A DNA stretch of 64,000 nucleotides from a virus. Its lineage: Duplodnaviria > Caudoviricetes. Numbering within the stretch: position 1 is the first letter of the stretch; every line of letters starts with the position of its first letter. The notes under the pieces were generated by a model, which saw only the letters and a list, made by a program, of their open reading frames with translations, ran no database searches and was not told the DNA's origin. The stretch lies in the IMG/VR virus record IMGVR_UViG_3300003320_000853. One strand, written 5' to 3'. Below are positions 9,098 through 18,971 of this stretch, piece after piece. A program made the translations under genes and the position numbers.

Positions 9098-9512
9098 GGT
9101 CCGTGGGATCGTCGAGAAGTCGCAGGATCTCCTGATTTTCCACACGTACGAGCTGCGCGATCTCCGCGGTCACCCTCTCAGTCTCAGCGGCCTTGAGCCG
9201 CGTAACGATGTCCCGGACCTGTCTGAGAAGCGCGGGCAGGTCCGGTGCGTCCAACTCGGAGATGGTGGCGTCGATGACGCTCACCGGGAGGTGGGTGAAA
9301 TCCTCGCCCTCCAACGTGGCACGGCCGAGAAGCCGAAGACCTCCCTGGAGGAGGTAGTTTCCCTGGCCAAAAGCATCTTTCATCGCGCCATCGGCTGCGA
9401 TGTACTCCTGGCATGGCCTGACCAGCGAGAGCGCCAGCTTGAGCCGATCCTCGGGGCGGCCTTCGATGTAATAGTTGATGACCTGATTGCGAACTTCGTC
9501 GGAGACTTTCAT
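9081..9512 (-). CDS. Hypothetical protein
   Basis: Good ORF, GGTGTA (minus strand, 9524-9529) 11 nt before ATG. Confidence 0.7.
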   Translation of the reverse strand: MKVSDEVRNQVINYYIEGRPEDRLKLALSLVRPCQEYIAADGAMKDAFGQGNYLLQGGLRLLGRATLEGEDFTHLPVSVIDATISELDAPDLPALLRQVRDIVTRLKAAETERVTAEIAQLVRVENQEILRLLDDPTDLIERG

Positions 9513-9523
9513 GGGACGAGGAC

Positions 9524-9537
9524 TACACCGCGGTGTA
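9524..9537. promoter_or_regulatory. Palindromic back-to-back GGTGTA promoter pair (TACACCGCGGTGTA)
   Basis: 11 nt to minus-strand ATG 9512 and 10 nt to plus-strand ATG 9548. Confidence 0.75.
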
Positions 9538-9547
9538 CCTTCGCCGC

Positions 9548-10216
9548 ATGCCTGAACCTTCCATCGAGTGCCCCGTCGAGGGCTGCGGCTACACCCACAA
9601 CATGAACGAGTTGGAGGCTACTCAAGAGCGGCCTCTCATCCTGGAGTCGACCCGATCGCACAGGAACGAGGACGCCTGGCGCGACACGGATCACTTCAAC
9701 CTCGACGAGGAGCTGGCTAGGCTCCGTCGAGCGGTGCACGAAGTCCGCACGAACTTCCTGGCACAGCCCCGACCCAGGCATCTGCCGTGGGTGTTGAACC
9801 GATGCCTCTTCTCCGACGACTTCGTTGATTCGATGCGGGGGCTCCTCGGATTCATCTGCGAAGCCTTCGACAACATCGACGAGAACCTCGTGCGGCTCGG
9901 TCCGCTTCCACGGGCCTGGTTCGGGTCGTCTTCCCTCAACCCGCTCCGGCACATCGCCCGGGCGGCGTCCGTGTCGATCCACATCGACATGCGGGAGGGC
10001 AGGGTGACCGGCGATCTGCACATCCGGCTCATCAACGACCTCCTCATCGTCGCGCCTCTCGAATGGTTCCCCGCACTTCTCGGAGCGACCAACGAGCAGC
10101 TCCACAATTTTCGCGTCATCGGCGACGGGGTCGGGATCCAGTGGCCGGAGCTGGACGTCGACATCTCGATCCGCGGCATCCTCCTGCGGCAAGGCGAGGG
10201 CGAGGAGCCGGTGTAG
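9548..10216 (+). CDS. Protein with C-terminal DUF2442 domain
   Basis: PLEWFPALLGATxEQLxNFxxIGDGxGIxWPELDVDIS is the DUF2442 pattern. Confidence 0.8.
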   Translation: MPEPSIECPVEGCGYTHNMNELEATQERPLILESTRSHRNEDAWRDTDHFNLDEELARLRRAVHEVRTNFLAQPRPRHLPWVLNRCLFSDDFVDSMRGLLGFICEAFDNIDENLVRLGPLPRAWFGSSSLNPLRHIARAASVSIHIDMREGRVTGDLHIRLINDLLIVAPLEWFPALLGATNEQLHNFRVIGDGVGIQWPELDVDISIRGILLRQGEGEEPV

Positions 10217-10226
10217 CCTCGCTCCC

Positions 10227-10782
10227 ATGAGCGATCATTCTCACGACACCAAAACGATCGAGAGCGTCTACTTTCACTGGGGCAACGGCGGCCTGTCTTT
10301 CCGGGTCGGCGAGCACACCCACACCTGGACGACCGACTACACGCAAGAAACGCTCGACTCCTTCCCCAAGGAGACCGGGCCGCACGTCAACAAGACCCAC
10401 GTCTACGTCACCTACCGGATGGAGGTCGATGCCTCTCACCATGGGGGCGTGATGAAGACCTCTTTCGACCTCGGCAGCATGGAGATCGTTGGCTGGCTCC
10501 ACGAGATGACCGGCCGACTCCTCAAGCGCATGGCGAGCAAGCCCGACCAAGGTCGTCTTCGAGTATCATCCCCAGGGCGATGTCTCGATCGAAGATGGAC
10601 AGGAGAAAAAGTACGCCTTCCGCTTCAAGGACGGCAAGGTGACGCCTGTGGTCATGAAGCGGGTGGAGTTCTCAGGCCCCGGAATCGCGGGCGTTACCAC
10701 GGTCGAAGAGGGGGACGAGGAGACGAAGCTCAGTGACTTCGTCTCCCGTATCAACGGCGAGACGAAAGCGAACGATAACTAG
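10227..10782 (+). CDS. Hypothetical protein with an apparent +1 frameshift near 10541-10545
   Basis: Removing one C from AAGCCCGACC gives ...SKPTKVVFEYHPQGDV...KANDN* ending at TAG 10780-10782, with normal codon usage. Confidence 0.55.
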
Positions 10783-11453
10783 AGCAGGGAGACCTTCCCC
10801 GGATCGATGCCCGGCTGGGGGGTCGGGATCTTCGGGAGGATGTCGACGTTCGTGAACGTCGGGGTGTGCGCCCCGAACCAGCGGATCGCCACCGACATGC
10901 GACGGCGGCTCGCATCCGATCCCCCCTCGCACGATCCGCTGGCATAGGCCCGGAGTCCCTCCAGCGCCCCGTACTTCGAGCACGCCCCGATAGAGCCCCG
11001 CATCAGACGGTGGGCCGCGATGAAGCACTTCTTCCGATCCGCGATCAGCTCGGCTGCGGTCCAACCGAGCTCCACGTCCTTCGGGTCATCCTTCGGCGTC
11101 GCCCACTTCTTCGTCACCGTGTTCCACGGCTGCGTTCGACCGGATCCCACGTTGATCTGCATGAGGCAGACCGAGCGACCGCTATCCCCGCGGAGCAGAC
11201 CCTTGTCCACCTTCGCCGAGAAGCCCGACTCGAAGAACGCGGCCGAGAGCATCACGGATGCCGTCCGCGCGAGTCCCTGCTCTCCAGCGAAGAAGGACGG
11301 CTCGCTTGCCACAACCTCGGCGAGGTCTTGCGCGATCGATTCGTACCGGGTCTCCGTCTCCCGCGGTGTCTCCATCAGCCCCCCATATTGGGGTTGTCCC
11401 GGCGGGGCCTTGGCAGCGAGAAACGCGATGATCCAGGCCACGAATTCCTTCAT
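10779..11453 (-). CDS. Lytic transglycosylase (SLT)-like protein
   Basis: FFESGF catalytic Glu motif followed by GDxGRSVCLMQIN (GLMQI-like) and later AYASG. GGAG RBS before MKEF. Confidence 0.65.
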   Translation of the reverse strand: MKEFVAWIIAFLAAKAPPGQPQYGGLMETPRETETRYESIAQDLAEVVASEPSFFAGEQGLARTASVMLSAAFFESGFSAKVDKGLLRGDSGRSVCLMQINVGSGRTQPWNTVTKKWATPKDDPKDVELGWTAAELIADRKKCFIAAHRLMRGSIGACSKYGALEGLRAYASGSCEGGSDASRRRMSVAIRWFGAHTPTFTNVDILPKIPTPQPGIDPGKVSLL

Positions 11454-11581
11454 AGTGTTCTCCAATCCCAGACTCCCCATACCACTATGGGGGAGGGGTT
11501 TCTACACCGGATTCCGTCCAGGGCAAGAAAAAAAGGCTTTTCTGGGGGTTGTAAGGGTCGTTTTGGTGTAGACTGCATGGG

Positions 11582-12061
11582 ATGGCCGACACGCGTAGAC
11601 TTTTCACCCGACATCGGATGTTCACGGGTCGGGAACCGACGGCGCTCCAAGCACGCCTCTATGAGGGCTTCCCGGGTGTCCTCGGCTTCTCCAGCCAGGA
11701 CAAGATCCCGGAGCAACTCGAAGCAGTCGCGATGCTGGGCATCGCGCAGACATGGCAGCAAGAGGGAGAGGAGGCCCCGAACAAGGTCTTTTTCCTCGTG
11801 CCCAATGCGACGTCGATGCTGTGGTGCCTCGAAGTTCTGAAGACGATGGCGAAGGATTTCTTCCAGACGGTCAAGGAGCGCCCGGTACCCAAGGACACCA
11901 AGATCAAGGTCGCCAAGACCGTCGGGGATCTCTTCAACCACCTCCAGATCGGCATCCCTCGGGACGCTGAGGGACCCCCTGAGCGGTGGGTGGCGTTCGG
12001 CTATCTCCACACAGATGCGGCCCAGCCGTCATGGATCCGGTCCCGTCTTCTCGTACCCTAG
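11582..12061 (+). CDS. Hypothetical protein
   Basis: GGTGTA 11565-11570, 11 nt before ATG. Confidence 0.65.
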   Translation: MADTRRLFTRHRMFTGREPTALQARLYEGFPGVLGFSSQDKIPEQLEAVAMLGIAQTWQQEGEEAPNKVFFLVPNATSMLWCLEVLKTMAKDFFQTVKERPVPKDTKIKVAKTVGDLFNHLQIGIPRDAEGPPERWVAFGYLHTDAAQPSWIRSRLLVP

Positions 12062-12173
12062 CCCCTGGTGTAATAATTCATCGTGGTGGATCCCATGGGC
12101 AGGACAGAGGAGAGCCTTGGCGTCTTCGCGAGACAAGCGGCGTTCTTCGTCGTCCTTGGGCAAGGGGGCGGGG

Positions 12174-12959
12174 GTGTCTGATCCGCTCACGTCCTACTGG
12201 ACATTGATCGAGCCCCCAAAGCGGCGCGCCGCAGACGCCATCCTGGATACCCCAGAGAATTGCGCTCCCTTGGCCGTTTGGTTGTTGAACCTCGGACAGC
12301 CCGGAGCGTCGCCGATCTTGACCCTTCCGGGACGAGATCGGCTGGGGGTCTTCGAGCGTCTCAGGGTCCACGATGCCGAGGGGTCGTTCGCCGGCCGGAT
12401 CCGCATCGGCGAGGATCTTCCGCTCCCCTTCGTCACCGGGATCGTCCGGAACCTGATGCAGGCGCCGGAGCTCTCCGTTGAGGGCCCCCTCCGGGACTAC
12501 GCGGACAAGTCCTCCCACATCGCGCACGACGTATACCGGCTCCTCTGGGAGGGGAGGTTCATCCTCCGCGAGAAGCCGGGGGAGTTCGAGGAGTTCGTGA
12601 CGCAGATGGCCAAGTGGATCGGCTGGTGCTCGACGAGCGCCTACGTCGAGCGGGTCGTTTCCGGCCCACAAGAGCAAGCGGCCGTGCTCTGCTTCCTGAC
12701 GGCACTAGCGGCACAGAACGGCATCACGAAGCGCGTCATCCTGTGCCTTGACGGCATCGACCAGATTGAGGATCGCGGCCTCGCCAAGAACGTCATGGCC
12801 GTCCTCACCGAGGTGCGGCGGTGGGCTTTGCTCACCGCCTGTCCGTTCGGTCTCCTCCTTGGCTTCGCTGGTTCTCGGAGCGACGTCGCGAAGCTCCGGA
12901 AGCTCAACCCAACGCTCGGGGCCGAAGTCGACGAGGGCCTCGTCTGGACGAAGAAATAG
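12174..12959 (+). CDS. Hypothetical protein with N-terminal tag (MSDPLTSYWTLIEPP)
   Basis: GTG 12174 in frame with the long ORF, Walker-B-like LCLDGID. Confidence 0.6.
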   Translation: MSDPLTSYWTLIEPPKRRAADAILDTPENCAPLAVWLLNLGQPGASPILTLPGRDRLGVFERLRVHDAEGSFAGRIRIGEDLPLPFVTGIVRNLMQAPELSVEGPLRDYADKSSHIAHDVYRLLWEGRFILREKPGEFEEFVTQMAKWIGWCSTSAYVERVVSGPQEQAAVLCFLTALAAQNGITKRVILCLDGIDQIEDRGLAKNVMAVLTEVRRWALLTACPFGLLLGFAGSRSDVAKLRKLNPTLGAEVDEGLVWTKK

Positions 12960-12971
12960 GAGAAGATCGAC

Positions 12972-13475
12972 ATGATGCACATCGACACGACGATGGAGGT
13001 CGTCACCCTGGAGGCTCTGGAGGTCAATGAAGCCGAGGGTGTGCTGGCCGTCCTTGCAACGGCAGCTACGGCGGATGCCTCCGACGAGGTGTACCGTCGC
13101 GACGAGACTTCCCACGAGGAGCATATCATCTCGTCCGTCGCCGGGGCGAAGGCTCCAGGAGGCGTGGCGCTCCGGGAGCGGCATCTCTACGAGGCAGGGG
13201 AGTATCGCGTGGTTTCGTCGACCCGCGACCGGAAGTTGCGCCGGCAATTCCTCTTCAAGATCGACGAGATGGGTAGGCACTGTGCGAGGATCCAGATCCT
13301 GCCGGGGAGTGCTTCGGCCACGTGGATCATCGGGGACTACGACCCCGTGAGGTTCGATGGGACGCTCATCACCATCCACATCGACAACGGTCGGGTCGCC
13401 TCGATCGAGGCTGGCGAAGGTCATAGCCAGCGGCGCCTCACCGCGTGGGAGCAGCTCGACAACGACGCCCTCTAG
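12972..13475 (+). CDS. Hypothetical protein with C-terminal tag (LTAWEQLDNDAL)
   Basis: AGGAG RBS, tag at the C-terminus. Confidence 0.7.
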   Translation: MMHIDTTMEVVTLEALEVNEAEGVLAVLATAATADASDEVYRRDETSHEEHIISSVAGAKAPGGVALRERHLYEAGEYRVVSSTRDRKLRRQFLFKIDEMGRHCARIQILPGSASATWIIGDYDPVRFDGTLITIHIDNGRVASIEAGEGHSQRRLTAWEQLDNDAL

Positions 13476-13492
13476 GCGGTGTAGTTCTGGGG

Positions 13493-14602
13493 GTGCCGTA
13501 CTGCCCGAATTGCAGGACTGAATCCGTCAACTCAAGGCTGTGCCATCGCTGCATCAGCTCGCTCCGAGGCCAGATCGATGGCGGGCGTGTTTGCTATCGG
13601 TGTGGACTCGCAGAGCGCTCCGTTGGAGGATCTTTCTGTGCCTTCCAGGATCTGGACGGAGAGATTACCTTCGTGGAGCATTCCTTCACCCCTCTCCCGG
13701 ATCTCCCGCGAGATGAGCGCTTCGAGGCACTCGAAAGGGTCGCGGCGAACGTTCGGAGGGACAGGGATCAGGAAGAGCGTTGCATGGGATGCGGGGCGAC
13801 GCGGGAGCGTGCCGCGGAGTACCACTGTTGGGAGAAGAACCACGTGTTCATGGCGGATCTCTTCCGGCCGGCGGAGCCTCCTCCTCCCGAGCCTTACCAG
13901 GAGGAGATCAGCATGGACGAGACGCCGCCCGGTCTTGGGTTGAGCGGCGAGCGCTTCGACCTTCGGTGCGCCGACTGCGGCAAGAACTTCCTCCGGCTCA
14001 AGAAATCCGCCCACGGACACTTCTACGGCTGCACGAGCTGGCCCGAGTGTGCAGGGACGCACGGGGCACATCCGGACGGTCGCCCCAAGGGAATTCCGGG
14101 GGATAAGAAGACCCGGCTCGCCCGCATCGAGGCCCACAACGTCTTCGACCAGCTCTTCAAGGGCCCGAAGAGCCAGATGTCCGTGAGCGAGGCGTACTTC
14201 TGGATGGCCCAGGAGATGAAGCTTTCGGAAGCGGACGCCCACATTGCCCGCTTCACCGTCGAGCAGTGCAACCAGCTCATCCGCCTCGTGAACGTGAAGC
14301 TCGGGCCCACCGGGTGGGACGCCATCCTGGGGGACGAGGATCCGTTCGGCGCATCCGAGGTCGTGGCCGAACAGGAAGGGACAAGACCTCCCGCTCCTCG
14401 GCCGCCGAGCGGGGATCGCTACACGATCACCGAGTTCAGCGATGGGTGTCTGGACGGGAGCTGGACGGACGACGACGGGATCGGATACTTCGGCACCGCG
14501 ACGGCGGAGTTCCACGAGGATCCGGTCTCCTGTGCCGCCTTCGAGGAGGACAACACGTACATCCCCCCGGGATGTACCCACGTCTGGTGGTACAACAAGT
14601 GA
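13493..14602 (+). CDS. Multi-Zn-finger protein with topoisomerase-type Zn ribbon / DUF3268-like domain
   Basis: CxxC repeats, FYGCxxWPEC, GAHPDGRPxG, RLARxxAHxxFD, AYxWMA, AHIARF, internal tag PTGWDAILGDEDPFG, GGTGTA 9 nt upstream. Confidence 0.7.
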   Translation: MPYCPNCRTESVNSRLCHRCISSLRGQIDGGRVCYRCGLAERSVGGSFCAFQDLDGEITFVEHSFTPLPDLPRDERFEALERVAANVRRDRDQEERCMGCGATRERAAEYHCWEKNHVFMADLFRPAEPPPPEPYQEEISMDETPPGLGLSGERFDLRCADCGKNFLRLKKSAHGHFYGCTSWPECAGTHGAHPDGRPKGIPGDKKTRLARIEAHNVFDQLFKGPKSQMSVSEAYFWMAQEMKLSEADAHIARFTVEQCNQLIRLVNVKLGPTGWDAILGDEDPFGASEVVAEQEGTRPPAPRPPSGDRYTITEFSDGCLDGSWTDDDGIGYFGTATAEFHEDPVSCAAFEEDNTYIPPGCTHVWWYNK

Positions 14603-14898
14603 GCCGGCCCGCCCACCGCTACCCGCCCGGCTGGAAGCCGACGCCAACGCTCCCCCACGTGGCGAAGCTCCTCCGGGACATCGCGCCGACGAAGAAGCGG
14701 GACGACATCCGTTGCACGTGCGGTGCCTTCATGAGGCTCATCGACGGGCCGTACAGTCGGTTCTACGGATGCCGCCGGTGGCCCGACTGCAAGGGTCGCG
14801 TCCCCGCGGGATTCGATGGAGCACCCTTCGGCAAGCCCACTCCAAACCCCACGTGGCATGAGCATCTGCTCGCGTCCGATCCATTCGGGGACTCATGA
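14599..14898 (+). CDS. Small Zn-ribbon protein with C-terminal tag (PTWHEHLLASDPFGDS)
   Basis: CTCG...FYGCRRWPDC, GTGA overlap with upstream stop. Confidence 0.7.
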   Translation: MSRPAHRYPPGWKPTPTLPHVAKLLRDIAPTKKRDDIRCTCGAFMRLIDGPYSRFYGCRRWPDCKGRVPAGFDGAPFGKPTPNPTWHEHLLASDPFGDS

Positions 14899-15081
14899 GC
14901 GAGGACGCCGCCCGCGAAGCATTCCTGCGGATGTTGGAGCACGACGAAGAAGAGGGTCGACAGGATCGGACTACCTTCACCCGTGTGCGATTTTCGTGAG
15001 AGGGTTCCGGTGCTCGAACAAGTACCGATGGGCGGGTCGTCTGTATCTCGCCGAGATGTACAAGCGCCGCCAGCGGAAGGT

Positions 15082-15888
15082 CTAGCCGCCCGCCGCCACG
15101 AACGAGCACCCGCCGCCCACCCATGGGGCCCCGCACTGGCAGTGGGGTTCGGAGGTGTACTCGTGGTGCCAAGGAGCCGCTTCGCAGCTCACACAGAAGG
15201 CGTGGGTCGGAGCGGTGGGGTGAACCATGAAGGAGTCCCCGAGGTCGTCAGGAGGGGCCGGTGCGGGCCGAGCGGGCGGGAAGACGCCGGCTTCCCTGGC
15301 GCACCTGTTGTCATCGAGCCAAGGGGCTCCGCAGAGGCAGTACCATGGGGCGCATTCTCCATAATCGGCCCGACGGTGGACGAACGGTTCGCCCCGACGG
15401 TGCCCCGGACGCATGAGCTGTGCGACGGGGGGCGGAGGATCCGGCCGGGCGACAAGTCCGCGGGCGAACTCGATCGTCTGATGCACGACCGCTTCGAGGT
15501 TCCGGTGGCTGATCTCGGCCATGAATCGGTCGTGCTCGGTCGCATCCGGCCGGCGAGATCGAAGCACGGCGGCCTCATACGAGAGATCGGCACTGCCGAG
15601 CCTCTGGAGGAATTGCTCGACGACTCCGAGATGTAGGACGCGCTCCTCGGATTCCAGCCGGCGGACGGCCATCTGCGTCCAGAACTCGACGGCAGCTTCG
15701 TCAGGGGTGTACTCCGGACCGTAGGTCAGGGTTCCGTCCGGATGGATCCGGACGAGGATGCGATCCTTCGAGGTTCCGATGACCAGGTCGCCCGGGTGGG
15801 TGCCGGGCTCGCGGGGTTCGGGTCGAGCTGTACGGCCAGGGGGGTGAAGGTCATCCCAGTATTCCAGGAGATTGTCGTCGGTCGGCAT
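15082..15888 (-). CDS. Hypothetical protein with N-terminal tag and C-terminal CxCGAPW repeats
   Basis: MPTDDNLLEYWDDLHPP, then CLCGAPW / CVSCEAAPW / CQCGAPW. Confidence 0.7.
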   Translation of the reverse strand: MPTDDNLLEYWDDLHPPGRTARPEPREPGTHPGDLVIGTSKDRILVRIHPDGTLTYGPEYTPDEAAVEFWTQMAVRRLESEERVLHLGVVEQFLQRLGSADLSYEAAVLRSRRPDATEHDRFMAEISHRNLEAVVHQTIEFARGLVARPDPPPPVAQLMRPGHRRGEPFVHRRADYGECAPWYCLCGAPWLDDNRCAREAGVFPPARPAPAPPDDLGDSFMVHPTAPTHAFCVSCEAAPWHHEYTSEPHCQCGAPWVGGGCSFVAAGG

Positions 15889-15947
15889 TTTTCGACTCGT
15901 GATCGAGGATTTGCGTTTCAGAAGTGTAACGTGGTGCCTCTAGGATA

Positions 15948-16253
15948 GTGATGGACACCTCTTCCAACGATGATCTGGTCTCCTACTGGGACGACCTCCA
16001 GCCGATCTCGTTCGCCCGCGCCTGTTCCTCTGCCCTGGATGCTGCATGGAAACGCGATGCGACCCTCGTTGCCTCGTTCCTCACCGCTGCCGAGCGTCTC
16101 ATGGGGGAGGAGAACCGCGTGGCCCGGGCCCGGTGTGAGTTCGTCACCGTGGGCATCACCACGCGCGTTTTCGAGAAGGTGAGCGCGAACTGCCGGTCCA
16201 TTCTCCAGGGCAAGCCCCCGCCCTTCATATGGCCTCTGGACGGCCAGCTCTAG
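15948..16253 (+). CDS. Hypothetical protein with N-terminal tag (SNDDLVSYWDDL)
   Basis: ORF, tag, CTAG stop overlap with convergent gene. Confidence 0.6.
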   Translation: MMDTSSNDDLVSYWDDLQPISFARACSSALDAAWKRDATLVASFLTAAERLMGEENRVARARCEFVTVGITTRVFEKVSANCRSILQGKPPPFIWPLDGQL

Positions 16254-16801
16254 CTTGTCTTGACCTCTTCCTGCGCCGGCTTCGGTTCGTCGATGTGGTC
16301 GAAGTCGTCGTCCAAGAGACGTTCCTGCCAGGCCCGAGGCTCCGCCGCCGATGGGACGCCCTCGGCCTTCTTTTTGCGTTTCGGCTTGGCCGCCTGGCGC
16401 GCGTCATGATTGTCGTGGCGCGAGAACGGAACCAGCGGGATCGCGACAGGCGACCGAGGATCCGGGGCCAGCCTCTGGACCTCCTGCTGAAGGTCGGCGT
16501 TCTGGCGCGTCAGCTCGCGTGCAAGCTGCTCCAGGGCGGTCTTCTCGGCGGTCAGGAGGGCCAGCGCTTTGATGGTGCGGTCGACCAGGCGGTTGTTCTT
16601 CACCCATCCAAGGAGGAGACCGAGGCCGAAGGCGACCGTGACGGCGTAGAGGATCGGATGGTGCTCCCCTGCCCAATGCCATCCGTCGATCGCCCACCGG
16701 GCGCCCGTAACGTACTGCGTCTTGAACCAAGGGAACTTGGCCGCGACGAAGGCCCCCACGGACAGAAGGAAGGCCCAGGCGAGCCAATCGAACTTGCGCA
16801 T
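16250..16801 (-). CDS. Membrane protein (2 TM plus coiled coil) with tag PRAWQERLLDDDF
   Basis: Hydrophobic segments, heptad region, GGTGTA 9 nt upstream. Confidence 0.7.
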   Translation of the reverse strand: MRKFDWLAWAFLLSVGAFVAAKFPWFKTQYVTGARWAIDGWHWAGEHHPILYAVTVAFGLGLLLGWVKNNRLVDRTIKALALLTAEKTALEQLARELTRQNADLQQEVQRLAPDPRSPVAIPLVPFSRHDNHDARQAAKPKRKKKAEGVPSAAEPRAWQERLLDDDFDHIDEPKPAQEEVKTS

Positions 16802-16852
16802 GGCCTACTTTACACCCGTTGATCCTCGGGGCGGTGTTCTTGTAGAGCAAGC

Positions 16853-17545
16853 ATGGCGAAGCACACCCTCACGTCCGTGACCCAGCTCCTCGAAGAGGTG
16901 TTCGATCTCGCCTACTTCCATGCGGAGGACGGGGAGGCCGAGCCCGCGATCCCCCACATGTGGGTTCCCGGTTCCTCGAAGCTCGTCGTCGTGGTCGGGG
17001 AGAATGCGTCCGGCAAGAGCTTCCTCCGGCGCATCGTTGCCGGGCTCTCTCGGCGGGCCGAGACCGAGTGCATTCACATCTCGATGGAGGGCCGGGCGGA
17101 CAACGGCATGATGATGATGCCGATCGCCCGGGCCTTGGTCTACGGGGACGAAACCTACAACTCGACCGGGCAGCTCTCGGCGCACACGGTCACCGCGGGC
17201 ATCAATACGTGCCGCGATCGGGAGAAGCCGCACTTCATCTACTGGGACGAGCCCGACTTCGGACTGTCGGATGGATGGGCCGCCGGTCTCGGGGTGAAGG
17301 TCCGCGAGTTCGCCGAGACGATGCCCGAGTTCACGTTGGGCGCCTTCGTGGTGACCCATCGTCGGGCCATGGTGCGCGAGATGGCGCCGGCCAACCCGCA
17401 CTACATCTACCTCGGGTCGATGGCGCCGCCGCCGAGCCTCCAGGCTTGGATCGAGACACCCTCTCCCGTCCGGAGCATCGACGAGCTGGACGAGATCGCC
17501 CACACCCGGTTCAAGAGGATCCAGGCGATCCTCAATCGGAAGTAG
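16853..17545 (+). CDS. Stand-alone ABC-type ATPase
   Basis: Walker A GENASGKS, degenerate signature STGQ, Walker B IYWDEPD, H-loop VVTH. Confidence 0.8.
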   Translation: MAKHTLTSVTQLLEEVFDLAYFHAEDGEAEPAIPHMWVPGSSKLVVVVGENASGKSFLRRIVAGLSRRAETECIHISMEGRADNGMMMMPIARALVYGDETYNSTGQLSAHTVTAGINTCRDREKPHFIYWDEPDFGLSDGWAAGLGVKVREFAETMPEFTLGAFVVTHRRAMVREMAPANPHYIYLGSMAPPPSLQAWIETPSPVRSIDELDEIAHTRFKRIQAILNRK

Positions 17546-18281
17546 CGACGCCAGGAAGCCGGAGGAGCTTGAGCGGGCCATTGTGGCTCGCGAGGGGGGC
17601 GAGCTCCTCGTTCTGGAGGACATCGGAGAGCTTCATGCTCTGCCCATCGACCACGCAGGTTGCCGAGACCAGAACGACGATCTGGCTGTAGTCGACGTGC
17701 TCCTTGTTGTGGCGCCAGCCGCGCCCTTGGATCACCCGGACGAAGCGCCCATCGTCGTCCTTGATGAGCGAGGCGTTCACTTCGCCGACGATCCCCTCGA
17801 AGGCCACACCCTCGAAGTGCCATCCGTAGTTCTCGACGAACCCCGGATGGTCGAGGATGTCGTTGTCGAGAACCCAGTGCTTGCCGACTGTCGAGATCAG
17901 GCCCTTCGCTCCGCCGAGCTTGTTGAGCGCACCATCGATCCGCTCGCTGTGGGCGACCATGGCCGCCGTCGTGTCCGAGATCGTCTGCGGGGATGGAACC
18001 AGGGTCGTCTCACGTTGCGACCAGATGAGGTCGGCGATCTTCGGCGTGAGGAGCATGCAGTCGAGGAGGTCGGCGATCTTCTGTTCTGTGTCCGCGCAGG
18101 CGTTGATGCGAACGCCGTCCATCTTGAGCGCATCCGAGAACACTTCGAAGGTCGCCGTGTGTCCCTCGTGTTGGGAGGTCACGGGGCTCCACGAGATGTC
18201 GTCGTAGTTCCCCTGACGGACACGGTCGAGGATCGCACTTTCGCGATCCGGGCCTGCAACAGTGGGAAGGTCGATGCTCAT
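17532..18281 (-). CDS. Conserved-looking hypothetical protein
   Basis: Globular ORF with LLTPKIADLIW, GKHWVL, NYGWH, HVDYSQ motifs. Confidence 0.7.
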   Translation of the reverse strand: MSIDLPTVAGPDRESAILDRVRQGNYDDISWSPVTSQHEGHTATFEVFSDALKMDGVRINACADTEQKIADLLDCMLLTPKIADLIWSQRETTLVPSPQTISDTTAAMVAHSERIDGALNKLGGAKGLISTVGKHWVLDNDILDHPGFVENYGWHFEGVAFEGIVGEVNASLIKDDDGRFVRVIQGRGWRHNKEHVDYSQIVVLVSATCVVDGQSMKLSDVLQNEELAPLASHNGPLKLLRLPGVATSD

Positions 18282-18328
18282 GCCCTCGCCAGGCGAAAAG
18301 AGAATCTTCTAAAAGGTGAGATAGGGGC

Positions 18329-18931
18329 ATGAGCATGGTTGGTCTCCGAGTTCCGGAAGAGGCTGCTCGGATTTTGTGGGCGTTTTTCGAGTCGAAATAC
18401 GACTGGCCGGATACAGTCCCGATGGAGGACGCGCATGTGACGCTCCTCCACCTCGGAGACTCTCTCCCAAAAGACATGAGCGATCGGGCCGCCGAGGCGC
18501 TCCTGCGAGCCACCGCCGACGTCCGACCCTTCACCGTTTCGACAAGCCGCGTCCGAACGTTCGGGAGCGCCGGAGAGGATGGGACGCCGATCGTCTGCCA
18601 GATCGACTCCGAACCGCTCCACGCGCTCCGACAACGTCTCGCGGAAGCCTTCGATGCGGCAGGGGTGCCCTACTCGAAAAAGTACCCCGAGTACAAGCCG
18701 CACGTCACGCTGGCCTACAGCCCGGATCCCCTCGTGGACGAGTTGTTCGGGAGCTACTCGGGCTTCTCTCCCGTTGAGTGGGGCGTCCACGAGGTGATCT
18801 TGTGGGGTGGGGACAAGGGTCTTGGGGAACCCTCGGAGAGCTTCCCCCTCTCGGTCGTCCCTCGGACGGCTCAGTTCCGGCTCGCGGTCAAGAGGGCGTT
18901 GGGGATGTCGACTCAGCCCGCCCACAGGTGA
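18329..18931 (+). CDS. 2H phosphoesterase (LigT/ThpR/Acb1-like)
   Basis: Two HxT motifs: DAHVTLLHLG and YKPHVTLAY. Confidence 0.88.
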   Translation: MSMVGLRVPEEAARILWAFFESKYDWPDTVPMEDAHVTLLHLGDSLPKDMSDRAAEALLRATADVRPFTVSTSRVRTFGSAGEDGTPIVCQIDSEPLHALRQRLAEAFDAAGVPYSKKYPEYKPHVTLAYSPDPLVDELFGSYSGFSPVEWGVHEVILWGGDKGLGEPSESFPLSVVPRTAQFRLAVKRALGMSTQPAHR

Positions 18932-18971
18932 CGACCGGGGCAGGAGTTTTGATAGCCTTCCTGTAGGTATC

